Shown here: in pieces, positions 36,635 through 47,469 of the stretch
Layout of the letters: each line of letters begins with the position of its first letter
Position numbering within the stretch: the first letter of the stretch is position 1
From: Clostridia bacterium
GTDB taxonomy: Bacteria > Bacillota > Clostridia > Oscillospirales > CAG-272
NCBI GenBank assembly: GCA_017505785.1
Contig: JAFVOQ010000004.1
Span: 733-64,732, forward strand
DNA: 64,000 nucleotides
Direction of reading: 5' to 3'
Program-made: the position numbers and the translations under genes
Notes under the pieces: model-generated
Seen by the model: only the letters and a program-made list of their open reading frames with translations
What the model was told of the DNA's origin: nothing
Databases searched by the model: none

Positions 36635-38122
36635 TTAAAAGCCGCGTTCCCGATAAAATGATACGATCTGATCGTGCTGCTCGCGGGAAATGCCCGCATC
36701 AAGATATTCATAGGGATATTTGGCATTGAAAAGACGGGTGATCACGGTTTTTTTGCCGCTTTCGGGTGCCGCATACTCCATAAGCTTGGTAACGGCCCCC
36801 GCGCCTGCGGCAAAAATGGAATGCACTTCTTCCATCATGTAAATATTATATAACCCCTCAAAGCCCTCTTTTGCAAAGCCGACATTTTCATAGTTGCCGA
36901 CCATGTTCTTCTGTCGGTACATATAATAGGGCTTAAAGCCTGCCTCCGAAGCGCGGATCTGTGAGTAATCTACACATTTCCCCGCATCACCGCCGCGCAG
37001 ATTGTACACGCGGTTGCCCTGCCGCAATATTTCTGCCGCACGCTTTACGCAAAAGGTATGTACGGTAATGTTTTCGGGATCAAGGCGCAGGATCTCATCA
37101 AAGGTTGCAGAAAAAGTGCGGAAGGTGTCTCCCGGCAAGCCGACGATCAAATCGGTATTGATACACTTTATGCCCGACCTTCTTGCAATATCATAAGCAC
37201 GGTAAAAATCACCCGTGGTATGCGAGCGACCGATACCCTGAAGCACCTCATCGCACAGCGTTTGCGGATTTACACATACGCGCGTTACGCCAAACTCCTT
37301 GGCGATCTTCATTTTTTCGGCATCAATGGTATCGGGTCTGCCGCTTTCAAGCGTAAACTCAGACAGGCTCCACACATCCGTACCCGCCGCTACCGTTTCG
37401 AGCAGCTCCCGAAGCTGGGGGGCGGTCAAAATGGTGGGCGTGCCGCCGCCGATATACACCGTTCGCACGTGAAGCCCGAGCTCCTTGATAAGGCGGAACT
37501 TTTCGCTGACCTCGCGCTTGAGCTGCTCAAGATAGTCGGGAATCAGGGAAAGCAAACGCTTTGAGGTATAGGAAACAAAGGAGCAATAGGAGCAACGCGA
37601 CGGGCAAAACGGAATTGAGATATAAACGCTGCAATCACGCATATCGGGCTTTCCTATGATCTGCTGCTCATAAAGAGCCACATCGGTAGCAAGTGCCGCC
37701 TTTTTCGGGATCACCAAATAATCGGATGCCAGCATCTTCTTTACACGGGTCTTGCTGTGCCCCTTCAGCAGCAGCTCAGTTGCTACCTTAGAGGGGCGTA
37801 CGCCCGTGAGCATGCCCCATGAGGGGCGGTAATGCAAAAGCTCACCTGCAGCAGAAAGGATCACGTGACCGATCACGATCTTTTTTAAGCGGTCGGCACC
37901 GAGATCCTCACGTCGCTCCAAGGCCTTTTCAGCAGTTGCGCTCTTGCCGTCACAAATAATGCGCGCGGCGGCAAAAACACCGTCCTCGCTTTCGTTTATC
38001 CTAAGATACAGCTCGTGCGCATCCTCCTCGCCCTCTGCGGAGAATTTTTCGCCCGGGAAAAAGATCATGCAAAGCGTTTGCACATAATATGCGTTGATGT
38101 TTCCCTCTATATGCAATTTCAT
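36635..38122 (-). CDS. Radical SAM coproporphyrinogen-dehydrogenase-like protein (HemZ/HemN family)
   Basis: CPSRCSYCSF (CxxxCxxC) and GGGTPT motifs. The start at ATG 38122 has an AAGGAGGA RBS and an ATGA overlap with dtd. Confidence 0.85.
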   Translation of the reverse strand: MKLHIEGNINAYYVQTLCMIFFPGEKFSAEGEEDAHELYLRINESEDGVFAAARIICDGKSATAEKALERREDLGADRLKKIVIGHVILSAAGELLHYRPSWGMLTGVRPSKVATELLLKGHSKTRVKKMLASDYLVIPKKAALATDVALYEQQIIGKPDMRDCSVYISIPFCPSRCSYCSFVSYTSKRLLSLIPDYLEQLKREVSEKFRLIKELGLHVRTVYIGGGTPTILTAPQLRELLETVAAGTDVWSLSEFTLESGRPDTIDAEKMKIAKEFGVTRVCVNPQTLCDEVLQGIGRSHTTGDFYRAYDIARRSGIKCINTDLIVGLPGDTFRTFSATFDEILRLDPENITVHTFCVKRAAEILRQGNRVYNLRGGDAGKCVDYSQIRASEAGFKPYYMYRQKNMVGNYENVGFAKEGFEGLYNIYMMEEVHSIFAAGAGAVTKLMEYAAPESGKKTVITRLFNAKYPYEYLDAGISREQHDQIVSFYRERGF

Positions 38123-38598
38123 GCCTCGCAAGTCCTCCTTCCCTTATTTTTCAGTACGCCACTATCCATAACGATCGTAACGGGCCCATCACATTCCATA
38201 TCAATTTTCATATCCGCGCCAAACCTTCCCATTTCCACGGGGTGGGAAAGGTGCTTTGAAAGTGCCCCACAAAAAAGCTGATAGGCATCCTGTGCCACCT
38301 CGGGTGCCGCCGCCCCAAAAAATGAGGGGCGATTGCCGTGGGTGTAATCGGCACAGAGCGTGAAATTTGACACAACCAACACCCCACCGCCAACATCCCC
38401 GACAGATCGGTTCATTTTATCGTTTTCATCGGTAAAGATGCGGCATGCGGCAATCTTTTTGGCAAGCAGCTCGCGATCCTCGGGGGCATCGTCGCCGCAA
38501 ACACCGAGTAAAACCAGCAACCCCTTGCCGATCTCACCGACGATCTCTCCCTCGACGCGACATTTGGCATAGTTGACACGTTGCAATACAGCTATCAT
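38119..38598 (-). CDS. dtd: D-aminoacyl-tRNA deacylase
   Basis: MIAVLQRVNYAKCRVEGEIVGEIGKGLLVLLGV... and SNFTLCADY..GNRPSF. Confidence 0.95.
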   Translation of the reverse strand: MIAVLQRVNYAKCRVEGEIVGEIGKGLLVLLGVCGDDAPEDRELLAKKIAACRIFTDENDKMNRSVGDVGGGVLVVSNFTLCADYTHGNRPSFFGAAAPEVAQDAYQLFCGALSKHLSHPVEMGRFGADMKIDMECDGPVTIVMDSGVLKNKGRRTCEA

Positions 38599-40823
38599 GA
38601 AAAGCCTCTTCCGATATCGATCACGTCCTTCAGGCCCTTGAGGCGAGAAACGATAGAGTGATAGTGATCGACATTCTTACAACTGATTTTTAAATTGACA
38701 ACAAGGCGTCCGTCGCTCTTTTTCTGGGTATTGATCTGAAGCAGCAGCACCTTCATATCGGCAAGTGCCATGGTGATCTCCGCAAGAATGGTAAGACTGC
38801 TGTATGCATAGATCTGCACAAGCGCCTCATAGACGTCCTCTGCATTCTCGCGTCCACCGTGCTCCCAGTGTGCCTCCACCCAACGGTCGGCATCCTCGGG
38901 CTTTTTCATGCCGGTTTCCACATTGGGGCAATCGACCTTATGAATGGAGATGCCAAAGCCCTTTGTGATAAAGCCGATAACGCTGTCACCCGGCAAGGGA
39001 TTGCAGCACTTGGCAAACTTCACCTGGCAACCGCGCTCACCGTCAACCACGATGCCGCTGTTATGGCGCAGGTGGCGCGGCTTCTCGGAAACGCGAATGT
39101 TTTCTACCGTTAGCGGTGCCCTCTCCCCCTGCTGCTGCGGCTCGGGGCGCACGACCTTATCAAATTCCTCACGCAAGCGCGTGGAGATCTTGGAAACGGT
39201 AATGCCACCGTATCCGATCGTATTAAACAGATCTTCAGCCGAAGCATATCCCACGCGCTGTGCGGCGGCGGCAATGATCTCCTGCCGCTGTGCCTCGTTG
39301 GTAGGTCTGCCAAACTTTTTAAGCTCCATTTCAACGGCAGCCTTGCCCACCACGATATTATCCGCGCGCTTCTCCTTTTTGAACCATTGGCGGATCTTAC
39401 TGCGCGCCTGCCCCGTTTTTACAATATTGAGCCAGTCACGAGAGGGACCCTTGGAGGAGCCCGAGGTAATGATCTCCACGATCTCACCGTTTTGCGGCAC
39501 GCGGTCAATGGGCACGATCATACCGTTGATCTTGGCACCCGTCATTTTGTTACCCACAGCCGAGTGAATGGCGTAAGCAAAGTCAATGACAGTAGCCCCC
39601 TTTGAAAGCGTGATCACGTCACCCTTGGGCGTAAACACAAAGGTTTCGTCTTGGAAAACGTCTGTTTTAAATACATCAATAAACTCATCGGGGTCGCGCG
39701 TTTCCTCCTCGCTTTCGAGAAGGCGCGATACCCAAGCAAGCTTTTTATCAATATCCGCACGGCTCTGCGCACCCGACTTGTATTTCCAGTGCGCGGCGAT
39801 ACCAAACTCAGCGATCTCATGCATCTCACGGGTGCGGATCTGCACCTCAAACGGCACGCCAAAGCGACCGATAACGGTGGTGTGCAGCGAACGGTACAAA
39901 TTGGGCTTGGGCGTGGAGATATAATCCTTGAATCGCCCGGGCATAGATTTATACATTTCGTGAATGATACCGAGGGCCGTATAGCAAGCAAGCTCGGTAT
40001 CCACAATGAGGCGAAGCGCATAGAAGTCATAGATCTCATCAAAGCTCTTATTTTGCGTATACATCTTTTTATATATGCTGTAAACCGATTTGATACGCCC
40101 CTCGAGGGTAAAGGAAATATTGTTCTCACGCATTTTATCACCGACCTGCTTTCTGATATGCTCTACAAAATCGGTGTGCGTGCCGTATTTCTTTTCAATA
40201 TCCTGCTTAACCTCGGTATAGCCGTAGGGGTCAAGGTACATCAGACTTAAATTTTCAAGCTCCTGCTTGATACGCTGCATACCGAGGCGGTGTGCCAGAG
40301 GCGCGTAAATATGCATGGTTTCAAGCGCAGTGGTGCGCTGCTTGGCATCGGAGCGCGCGTCAAGTGTACGCATATTGTGCAAGCGGTCACAAAGCTTAAT
40401 GAGGATCACACGCACATCCTTGGACATGGCAAGCAGCATCTTGCGCAAGGTTTCAATGTGCGCCTCCTCCTTATCCTCCACCTCAAGCAAAACGATCTTG
40501 GTAAGGCCGTCAACAAGCATTGCCACGTCCTTGCCAAATCGCTTTTCGATCTCCTTTAAATTGGTCTTGTCTGCGCAGTCCTCTACCGTATCATGCAAGA
40601 GTGCCGCGCAAATGGAATCGGAGTCAAGCCCAAGACCCGCCACGATCTCCGCAACGGCGATCGGGTGGGAAATATACGCATCTCCGCTCTTTCGCCATTG
40701 CCCCTCGTGTAGCATCGCCGCATACTCGTATGCAGTGGTGATCTTGGCGATATTATAGTTGTTGCCCGACGCGCCGAGTATCTCGAACAAGCGGGTAATA
40801 TCGTTATAAGCGGCACTTGCCAT
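38595..40823 (-). CDS. relA: Bifunctional (p)ppGpp synthetase/hydrolase (Rel/SpoT homolog)
   Basis: 742 aa. It has an HD domain (HPIAVAEI...LHDTVED), a synthetase region (YRSLHTTV), and TGS and ACT-like C-terminal regions. Confidence 0.96.
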   Translation of the reverse strand: MASAAYNDITRLFEILGASGNNYNIAKITTAYEYAAMLHEGQWRKSGDAYISHPIAVAEIVAGLGLDSDSICAALLHDTVEDCADKTNLKEIEKRFGKDVAMLVDGLTKIVLLEVEDKEEAHIETLRKMLLAMSKDVRVILIKLCDRLHNMRTLDARSDAKQRTTALETMHIYAPLAHRLGMQRIKQELENLSLMYLDPYGYTEVKQDIEKKYGTHTDFVEHIRKQVGDKMRENNISFTLEGRIKSVYSIYKKMYTQNKSFDEIYDFYALRLIVDTELACYTALGIIHEMYKSMPGRFKDYISTPKPNLYRSLHTTVIGRFGVPFEVQIRTREMHEIAEFGIAAHWKYKSGAQSRADIDKKLAWVSRLLESEEETRDPDEFIDVFKTDVFQDETFVFTPKGDVITLSKGATVIDFAYAIHSAVGNKMTGAKINGMIVPIDRVPQNGEIVEIITSGSSKGPSRDWLNIVKTGQARSKIRQWFKKEKRADNIVVGKAAVEMELKKFGRPTNEAQRQEIIAAAAQRVGYASAEDLFNTIGYGGITVSKISTRLREEFDKVVRPEPQQQGERAPLTVENIRVSEKPRHLRHNSGIVVDGERGCQVKFAKCCNPLPGDSVIGFITKGFGISIHKVDCPNVETGMKKPEDADRWVEAHWEHGGRENAEDVYEALVQIYAYSSLTILAEITMALADMKVLLLQINTQKKSDGRLVVNLKISCKNVDHYHSIVSRLKGLKDVIDIGRGFS

Positions 40824-40837
40824 CTATGGTTCTCCTT

Positions 40838-43030
40838 TCAGGCTCTGTTGCGGCACTGTGCACGCAACCGTTTGAGAATAGACGATTTTTCAATATTGCT
40901 CTTCTCGGATTTGTAATAGATATCAAAGGAATATTTGCCTGCGCTCGGCTCCTCTACACCGCAGATCTGCAATTCGCGGAAAATTTCCACAATATATTTC
41001 ATGCAAGGATAGGTGATCTTGCGTGGCGCGGCAATATTAAACAGGGATAAAAGCTCACCCTCGCTGTATGCAGTCTTTCCGCGACGGAACTCGCGGCGCA
41101 GTGCCATGTAGGCATGAGCGCAAAGCTCGCGGTCGGGCAAGATGTTTTCCTCAAGCGCAAAGGACGCGCCTGCGCGCAGCTCGGCAAAGCGAAGGCGCCC
41201 CTGTTCAAGCTCGGCTTGATAACCGCACGAAAGTCTTGTATCCTGTACGATAAGCTGTACCGAGCAAAGATCGCGATACTCGTTGATATCAAGCGTACAA
41301 AGCAGATCGATACGGTCACCCTCGTCAAAATCGATCTCTGAGCGAGAGGTGGAAAAGAGCAGCGCATAAAGCGAGCGACTGCCCGACGTAACGGTAAGCT
41401 TTAAGTGCTTGCCTCCGCCAAGCTCGGTAATGCGTTCAACTGTCACATCACGCACCGCAAAGCGCGGCTGGATATTACCCACGCCAAAGGGCTCCAATGC
41501 CGCAAGCTCCTGTGCCAAAGGCATGGTAGCATCACAAAGATCAAGCTCCATATCAACATCGATCTCGGGCAAGCGATCGGCTTGCTCGGTATGCGATGCG
41601 ACATACTCATTGATACGCGCACGGAACTCGGCAACGCGCGAACGGGTCACCGTAAGGCCTGCCGCAAGCTCGTGTCCGCCAAATTTTTGCAAGAGATCGG
41701 CGCTGTCGGAAAGTGCCTGTACAAGATTGATACCCTTAATGCTACGCCCCGATCCCTTGCCGGCATCAAGTCCGCTGCCCCCTGCCGTTACCGCACCGTC
41801 AAAGGTGATGAGAATGGCGGGCATGCCATAACGCTCGGTCACGCGTGAAGCAACGATACCGATAACGCCCTGACGCCAATGGTCTGCCTCCAACACCAAA
41901 ACGCGCGTTTGATCAAGATCAAACTCCTCGTCAATGCGTGCAAACACCTCCTGCGCCATGCGGTTTTCCTCCTGCTGGCGCTGTTGGTTGATCTCACAAA
42001 GCTCAGCGGCAAGCCGCTTTGCCTCGCCCACCTCATCGGCAAGCAAAAGCTGCACGGCAAGCGTGGCATCACGCATGCGACCTGCGGCATTGAGGCGCGG
42101 TGCAAGTGTAAAACCGATAAAGGATGCCGTGATCCTTTTGCGGCGCGCTGCATCGCTCACACCCTTTGTGCCGGCTGTTGCCTCGTCAATCAACGCGGCA
42201 AGCCCGGCGCGCTTGGTTGCGCGCAGCTGGGCAATGCCGTACTTGACCATAACACGGTTTTCATCTACGATCGGCATAACATCGGCAACGGTGCCGATTG
42301 CCATAAGATCGGCATATTCTTCACAAATTTTGCGCACACCGTCTATTTCCCGTCCACCGCGCGCAAGCGAAAGCGTGCTCTCATACGCGGTAACAAACTT
42401 AAAGGCGACGCCAACCCCCGCAAGCTCCTTAAAGGGATAAGGACAATCGGGGCGGTGCGGATTGACAACGGCAGCCGCCTCGGGCAACGGCAAGCGGCAT
42501 TCGTGGTGGTCGGTGATCACCATATCAATGCCCAGCTCCTTGGCATAGCGCACCTCCTCATTGGCGGTGATGCCTGTGTCGACCGTAATAATGCAGGTGA
42601 TGCCCTCGGCGGCAAATTTATCGATCGCTGTGGCACAGAGCCCGTAGCCCTCGCCCGTGCGACTGGGGATATAATACTGCACATCGGCACCGAGATCGGT
42701 AAGATAAAGGTAAAGCAGGCTAACGGATGTTACGCCGTCTACATCATAATCGCCGTAGATCATGATCCTCTCATGCGTTTCAACGGCACGCTGCATACGC
42801 GCAACAGCCTTATCCATATCCTTCATCAAAAAGGGCTTGTGCAGCACGGCATCGGTGCAGTTGAAAAATCTTTTTGCCTCCTCGGGGGTGCGATAGCCGC
42901 GACGGCAGAGCAGCCTTGCCAAAACGCAAGAAACGCCAAGCTCGCGCGAAAGCACCGCGGCATCCGCTTCCTCAGTGGGGGTAGCGACACGAAGCTTCCA
43001 GCTTTTTTCTTTTCTCTTATGCTCTGCCAT
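40838..43030 (-). CDS. recJ: Single-stranded-DNA-specific exonuclease RecJ
   Basis: 730 aa with GDYDVDGVTS, VITDHHE and GGHELAAG (DHH/DHHA1) motifs. Confidence 0.95.
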   Translation of the reverse strand: MAEHKRKEKSWKLRVATPTEEADAAVLSRELGVSCVLARLLCRRGYRTPEEAKRFFNCTDAVLHKPFLMKDMDKAVARMQRAVETHERIMIYGDYDVDGVTSVSLLYLYLTDLGADVQYYIPSRTGEGYGLCATAIDKFAAEGITCIITVDTGITANEEVRYAKELGIDMVITDHHECRLPLPEAAAVVNPHRPDCPYPFKELAGVGVAFKFVTAYESTLSLARGGREIDGVRKICEEYADLMAIGTVADVMPIVDENRVMVKYGIAQLRATKRAGLAALIDEATAGTKGVSDAARRKRITASFIGFTLAPRLNAAGRMRDATLAVQLLLADEVGEAKRLAAELCEINQQRQQEENRMAQEVFARIDEEFDLDQTRVLVLEADHWRQGVIGIVASRVTERYGMPAILITFDGAVTAGGSGLDAGKGSGRSIKGINLVQALSDSADLLQKFGGHELAAGLTVTRSRVAEFRARINEYVASHTEQADRLPEIDVDMELDLCDATMPLAQELAALEPFGVGNIQPRFAVRDVTVERITELGGGKHLKLTVTSGSRSLYALLFSTSRSEIDFDEGDRIDLLCTLDINEYRDLCSVQLIVQDTRLSCGYQAELEQGRLRFAELRAGASFALEENILPDRELCAHAYMALRREFRRGKTAYSEGELLSLFNIAAPRKITYPCMKYIVEIFRELQICGVEEPSAGKYSFDIYYKSEKSNIEKSSILKRLRAQCRNRA

Positions 43031-43068
43031 GATTGCTCCTTTCCCGAAGGCTTTTTCAACCGTTCGTT

Positions 43069-44694
43069 TTATGATTTTTGATAGGGCGCAAAGCGCGCTA
43101 TAATAGCAAGTGCTGTTTTCAGTCCGTCCAGCGCGGCACTGGTAATACCGCCCGCATACCCTGCCCCCTCGCCCGCAGGATAAATGCGGTCGTGGCAGAG
43201 AGCCGTGCGCCCCTCACCGCGCAAAATGCGCAAGGGCGACGAGGTACGTGTTTCCACACCGGTAAGCACTGCATCGGGCGCGGCATAGCCGCGCAATTTT
43301 TTATCGAAGGAACGAAGACCCGCCGCCAGTGTCTTAGAAACAAAGGGGGGTAAAACTGTGTCAAGGTCGCACACGCGCACGCGCCCTCCGCCGTAGGTCG
43401 GCTGAATGCGAGTGGGATTGGTAGCGCGGTAGCCACCGAGGAAATCACCCACGGTAGAAATCGGTGCGACGTAATCTCCGCCGCCGGCGCGATGTGCCGC
43501 GCGCTCCAGCTCGCGCTGAAAATCAATTCCCGCAAGAACGCTGCCGCCAAAATCGGCAGGCATTACCGTTACCGCGACAGCGGCATTTGAATTTTTGCCG
43601 CTTCGCGCGTGGTAGCTCATGCCGTTTACCACAACGCCACCGGCCTCACTTGCGGCAGGTACGACCTCGCCGCCGGGGCACATGCAAAAGGTATAAACGC
43701 CGCGCTCACCCGTGGTATCGGAGAGTGCATATTCCGCAGCTCCGAGTGCGGGATGCCCCGCGTGCTCACCGTAGAGCGCACGGTCAATATCCTCACGCAA
43801 ATGCTCGATACGCACCCCAACGGAAAAGGGCTTGGGGGCGGTAGCAAGACCGTGTGACAGCACGACATCAAAGGTGTCGCGCGCGCTGTGACCGATCGCA
43901 AGCACCATAGCACCTGCCACGATCTCACCCTTGCTTGTGATAGCGCACACGCAGTCACCGTGCTCGGTAAAGTCCTCAAGCCTTGTGCGATAAAGCACCC
44001 TTCCGCCAAGTGCTTGAATACGCGAGAGCACCGCATCAACAACCACGCGAAGAATATCGGTGCCAACATGCGGCTTAGCCTTTACGAGAATATCCGCGGG
44101 CGCACCGAAGGAAACCAAGCGATCAAGCACGTAATTGCAAAGTGGATCATTCACGCGTGTGACCAGCTTGCCGTCAGAAAAGGTACCTGCTCCACCGGCA
44201 CCGAATTGAATGTTGCTTTCGGTATCCAAAATACCGAAATCGCGAAAGCGTGCCGTTGCGGCAGCACGTGTTTCCACGTCATCACCCCGATCGATGATGA
44301 TCGGGCAATATCCCCACTCTGCAAGCAGCAGGGCGGCAAACAGCCCCGCAGGCCCCATGCCGACCACCAAGGGCGGCGCTGTCAAGTGCTCCGTTCCGCA
44401 ACGGATCTCGGGTGCCATGGCGGCAAAGGGACGAACGCCTGCCGCAGCAAGCCTTTTCTCCTCAAAAAAAATCGGCTCGTCAGCAGTGGCGAGAACCGAG
44501 CATACCTGTAAAATATCCGGCTTTTTTCTGGCATCAAAAGACTTTTTATAAAGGCGAAAATGAAGCTCCGTGGCAGTTCTGCACAGGCGCTTCATTTTCG
44601 CTTTGGCTATTTCAATCACCTCTGCCTCGGCTACATCAAAGGGTGCGCGAATATCCGAAAGCAGAAAGGCCGTTGCCTTTTTTCTCTCACTCAT
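43069..44694 (-). CDS. Uncharacterized FAD-dependent dehydrogenase (COG2509-like)
   Basis: 541 aa with VVGMGPAGLFAALLLA (dinucleotide-binding) and GAGGAGTFSDGKL motifs. Confidence 0.8.
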   Translation of the reverse strand: MSERKKATAFLLSDIRAPFDVAEAEVIEIAKAKMKRLCRTATELHFRLYKKSFDARKKPDILQVCSVLATADEPIFFEEKRLAAAGVRPFAAMAPEIRCGTEHLTAPPLVVGMGPAGLFAALLLAEWGYCPIIIDRGDDVETRAAATARFRDFGILDTESNIQFGAGGAGTFSDGKLVTRVNDPLCNYVLDRLVSFGAPADILVKAKPHVGTDILRVVVDAVLSRIQALGGRVLYRTRLEDFTEHGDCVCAITSKGEIVAGAMVLAIGHSARDTFDVVLSHGLATAPKPFSVGVRIEHLREDIDRALYGEHAGHPALGAAEYALSDTTGERGVYTFCMCPGGEVVPAASEAGGVVVNGMSYHARSGKNSNAAVAVTVMPADFGGSVLAGIDFQRELERAAHRAGGGDYVAPISTVGDFLGGYRATNPTRIQPTYGGGRVRVCDLDTVLPPFVSKTLAAGLRSFDKKLRGYAAPDAVLTGVETRTSSPLRILRGEGRTALCHDRIYPAGEGAGYAGGITSAALDGLKTALAIIARFAPYQKS

Positions 44695-45083
44695 TTTTTC
44701 GAAACCGTAAGGGTAAGATCGGTCAGCTCCGAAAGAGATACTCCCTCGGGCAGAACAAGATCCTCAAGTGCGATCACATACGTACCGGGAGCTGTTGCCT
44801 GCTCGGGCACAATGACCTCAATACGCTCTGCCATTTTTAAAAACACGACCGCGCCGCTGACTTCAAGCTCGGCATCGGAAAGCACATACGTATACTCAGC
44901 TTGTGCCCCCACCACCTCAAGCGGCAATTTCTTGGAATCTTTTACGTTCATCACCATGAGCCACACTACAACGGCAAGCAGCAGGCATACCACAGCAGCA
45001 ACGATCAAAGAGAGGCGACTGCGGCGCACGGCATATTCGCCATTGTCTGTGCCGAGCTCTGTATTTTCATGTTTGCGGTTCAT
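44691..45083 (-). CDS. YbbR-like domain protein (CdaR-like regulator of CdaA)
   Basis: 130 aa with one TM helix followed by a beta-rich domain. It lies directly downstream of cdaA. The assignment is partly positional. Confidence 0.6.
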   Translation of the reverse strand: MNRKHENTELGTDNGEYAVRRSRLSLIVAAVVCLLLAVVVWLMVMNVKDSKKLPLEVVGAQAEYTYVLSDAELEVSGAVVFLKMAERIEVIVPEQATAPGTYVIALEDLVLPEGVSLSELTDLTLTVSKK

Positions 45084-45098
45084 AACGCTCCCCTCCCC

Positions 45099-45929
45099 TT
45101 AATTTTCACTTTGTTCTTGACGGCGGAGCAGCTCGAAGAGCTTACGGCGCAAGGACACCGAGGTAAACTCACGGAACAGCTCGCCCCTGTAGGCAATGGA
45201 AATGGTGCCTGTTTCCTCAGAAACGACAACCACAATGGCATCACTTTGCTCTGACAAACCGATTGCCGCGCGGTGACGCGTGCCAAGGCTCTTAAAAATA
45301 TCGTTTCTATCCGAAAGCGGCAAATAGCATCCTGCGGCAAACAAACGGCCGTTGCGAATGATCACTGCACCGTCGTGCAAGGGCGCCTTGTTGACGAAAA
45401 GCGCGCAAAGCAGCTCGGGTGAGAGCTCGGCATTGATCGTAGTGCCGGTGCTGATATATTCACCGATCTTGGTGGAGCGTTCGATTACAATGAGCGCGCC
45501 TGTTTTAGAAAAGGACATATTTTTTGTCGCTTCTACAATGGCATTTACCCATGCGGCGGAAGAAGAAAGCTCGCGTGTTTCCGCACCGATCGTTTTCAGA
45601 CCGTTAAAGGGCACAGAGCCAATACGCTCCATGGCCGCACGAAGCTCGGGCTGGAAAATGATTGCCAGCACCACAAGCCCATAGCCAAAGAAGCTGTCGA
45701 GAATGTACCGAATGGCATACATATCGAGCAGTTCACTGACTGCAAACATCACCACGACAATGGCAACGCCCACCAGAAGCTTACCCGCGCGACGGTCGCG
45801 CACAAACAAATACAGCGCGAAAAAGAGTGCCGCAAGACAAACAATATCCAATATATCCCGCCACCCAAAGGTGCTGAACGGATCGGCAAAAAAGCCCCCC
45901 GAGAATAATTTATCAAACATTTCCTTCAT
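45099..45929 (-). CDS. cdaA: Diadenylate cyclase CdaA
   Basis: Three N-terminal TM helices, then the DAC domain motifs GALIVIE, HDGAVII, LGTRHRAA and VVVVSEETGTIS. The start is probably ATG 45929. The ORF extends to 46001. Confidence 0.92.
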   Translation of the reverse strand: MKEMFDKLFSGGFFADPFSTFGWRDILDIVCLAALFFALYLFVRDRRAGKLLVGVAIVVVMFAVSELLDMYAIRYILDSFFGYGLVVLAIIFQPELRAAMERIGSVPFNGLKTIGAETRELSSSAAWVNAIVEATKNMSFSKTGALIVIERSTKIGEYISTGTTINAELSPELLCALFVNKAPLHDGAVIIRNGRLFAAGCYLPLSDRNDIFKSLGTRHRAAIGLSEQSDAIVVVVSEETGTISIAYRGELFREFTSVSLRRKLFELLRRQEQSEN

Positions 45930-46238
45930 AGCATACCGCCTATATGTATTCGTCGCCGCCCCTGCGGCGCGATCAAGCGAATCATTTCGCGTAAATTGCA
46001 TCTCCCGCGCGACTGATGCGCGCGAGTGTATCTTTAATTTTTATTATAACACGGTATTTTAAGAATTGCAAATGTTTTTAAAAATTTTTTATGCGTTTTT
46101 TCGAAAAAATTTACAAATTGCGCTCTTTTTGCAAGGAATTTGTAAAAAAAAGAAAAACGGCAGCTTTTAAAGAATTTTTTTTGCTTTTTTAATACACTTG
46201 TGCTATACTGGACTTAAGCCATGAAAGGAGAATGCATC

Positions 46239-47354
46239 ATGATGCATGCTGATTTTTATATACCGACTCACCTGTTTTTCGGCGAAAACGCACTTAACAA
46301 GGGGAAGGATATGCTTACCGCGGCAGGCCGACACGCCATGCTGGTAACCGGTAAGCAAAGCGCACGAAAATCGGGCGCTCTTGCCGATGTCACTGCCCTA
46401 CTTAAGGATGCCGCTATCACCTATACCGTATTTGACGGCATTACGGAAAATCCGCCTCTCCTAACCTGCTTTGAGGCAGGAAGACTTGCCGCCAAGGAGG
46501 GGGCTCAATTCGTCATTGGTATTGGCGGCGGCTCGCCCCTTGATGCGGCAAAGGCCATTGCCGCATTTGCTGCCAATCCCTCCCTTTCCCCCGAGGATAT
46601 TTTTGATGACAAAAAGCGTATAAATCCCGCCCTGCCCATTTTTGCCGTGCCCACCACGGCGGGCACGGGCAGCGAGGTCAACAATTACAGCGTTTTAACA
46701 CTGCCCTCGGGGCTGCAAAAAAAGACCTTTAAGGCACCCGACAGCTGGCCGCGCGCCGCATTTGTAGACCCGCGCTATACCGCTACCATGTCAAATGATA
46801 CCACACTTTCCACCGCGCTGGATGCCTTTGCACACGCTATGGAGAGCTATCTTTCCCCAAGATCCACCTTATTTTCCGAAAACGCTGCCCTCTTTGCGGC
46901 ACGCGAGATTTTTGATGTGATCTCCGCACTCCCCACGACATATGACGCCGAAATGCGCGCACGCTTAGCACTTGCCGCAACCGCAGGCGGTATGGCGATC
47001 AGCGTTACGGGAACGGGCTTTCCGCACCCACTCGGGTACAGCCTCACGCTCCTTGACGGCATTCCGCACGGGCGTGCCTGCGCGGTGTTTGCGGGTGATT
47101 ATATCACCTACAACGAAAAAAGCGAAAGCGGACGCGCACGCATAGCGAATTTTGCCGCCGCAATTGGCGCAAAGCCCGCTGTTTTGAAGGCATTTCTACC
47201 CGGCGTTGCCGGCGTGTCGCTCTCCATGACCGATGATGAAATTGCGCAGCACGTGGAGCTAATCGCAGGTGCAAAAAATTACGCCAACAGTCCCTATGTT
47301 ATTTCAAAAGAGGAAATTTTTGAAATCTATCGCGCACATTTCAAAACAAAATAA
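46239..47354 (+). CDS. Iron-containing alcohol dehydrogenase family protein
   Basis: GIGGGSPLDAAKAIA, VPTTAGTGSEV and several conserved His residues. AAAGGAG RBS before ATG 46239. Confidence 0.88.
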   Translation: MMHADFYIPTHLFFGENALNKGKDMLTAAGRHAMLVTGKQSARKSGALADVTALLKDAAITYTVFDGITENPPLLTCFEAGRLAAKEGAQFVIGIGGGSPLDAAKAIAAFAANPSLSPEDIFDDKKRINPALPIFAVPTTAGTGSEVNNYSVLTLPSGLQKKTFKAPDSWPRAAFVDPRYTATMSNDTTLSTALDAFAHAMESYLSPRSTLFSENAALFAAREIFDVISALPTTYDAEMRARLALAATAGGMAISVTGTGFPHPLGYSLTLLDGIPHGRACAVFAGDYITYNEKSESGRARIANFAAAIGAKPAVLKAFLPGVAGVSLSMTDDEIAQHVELIAGAKNYANSPYVISKEEIFEIYRAHFKTK

Positions 47355-47401
47355 TTCCAAAAACGGCAATTCGCGGTACAAAGCCACGACGCGCTGATCA
47401 C

Positions 47402-47443
47402 AAAAAGGACAGAGAACGCAACAACATTCTCTGTCCTTTTTTA
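47402..47443. terminator. Bidirectional terminator between the ADH gene and spoIVA
   Basis: AAAAAGGACAGAGAA cgcaacaaca TTCTCTGTCCTTTTTT. Confidence 0.85.
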
Positions 47444-47469
47444 TCTGTAGGCAAGAGTGCATTTTACCC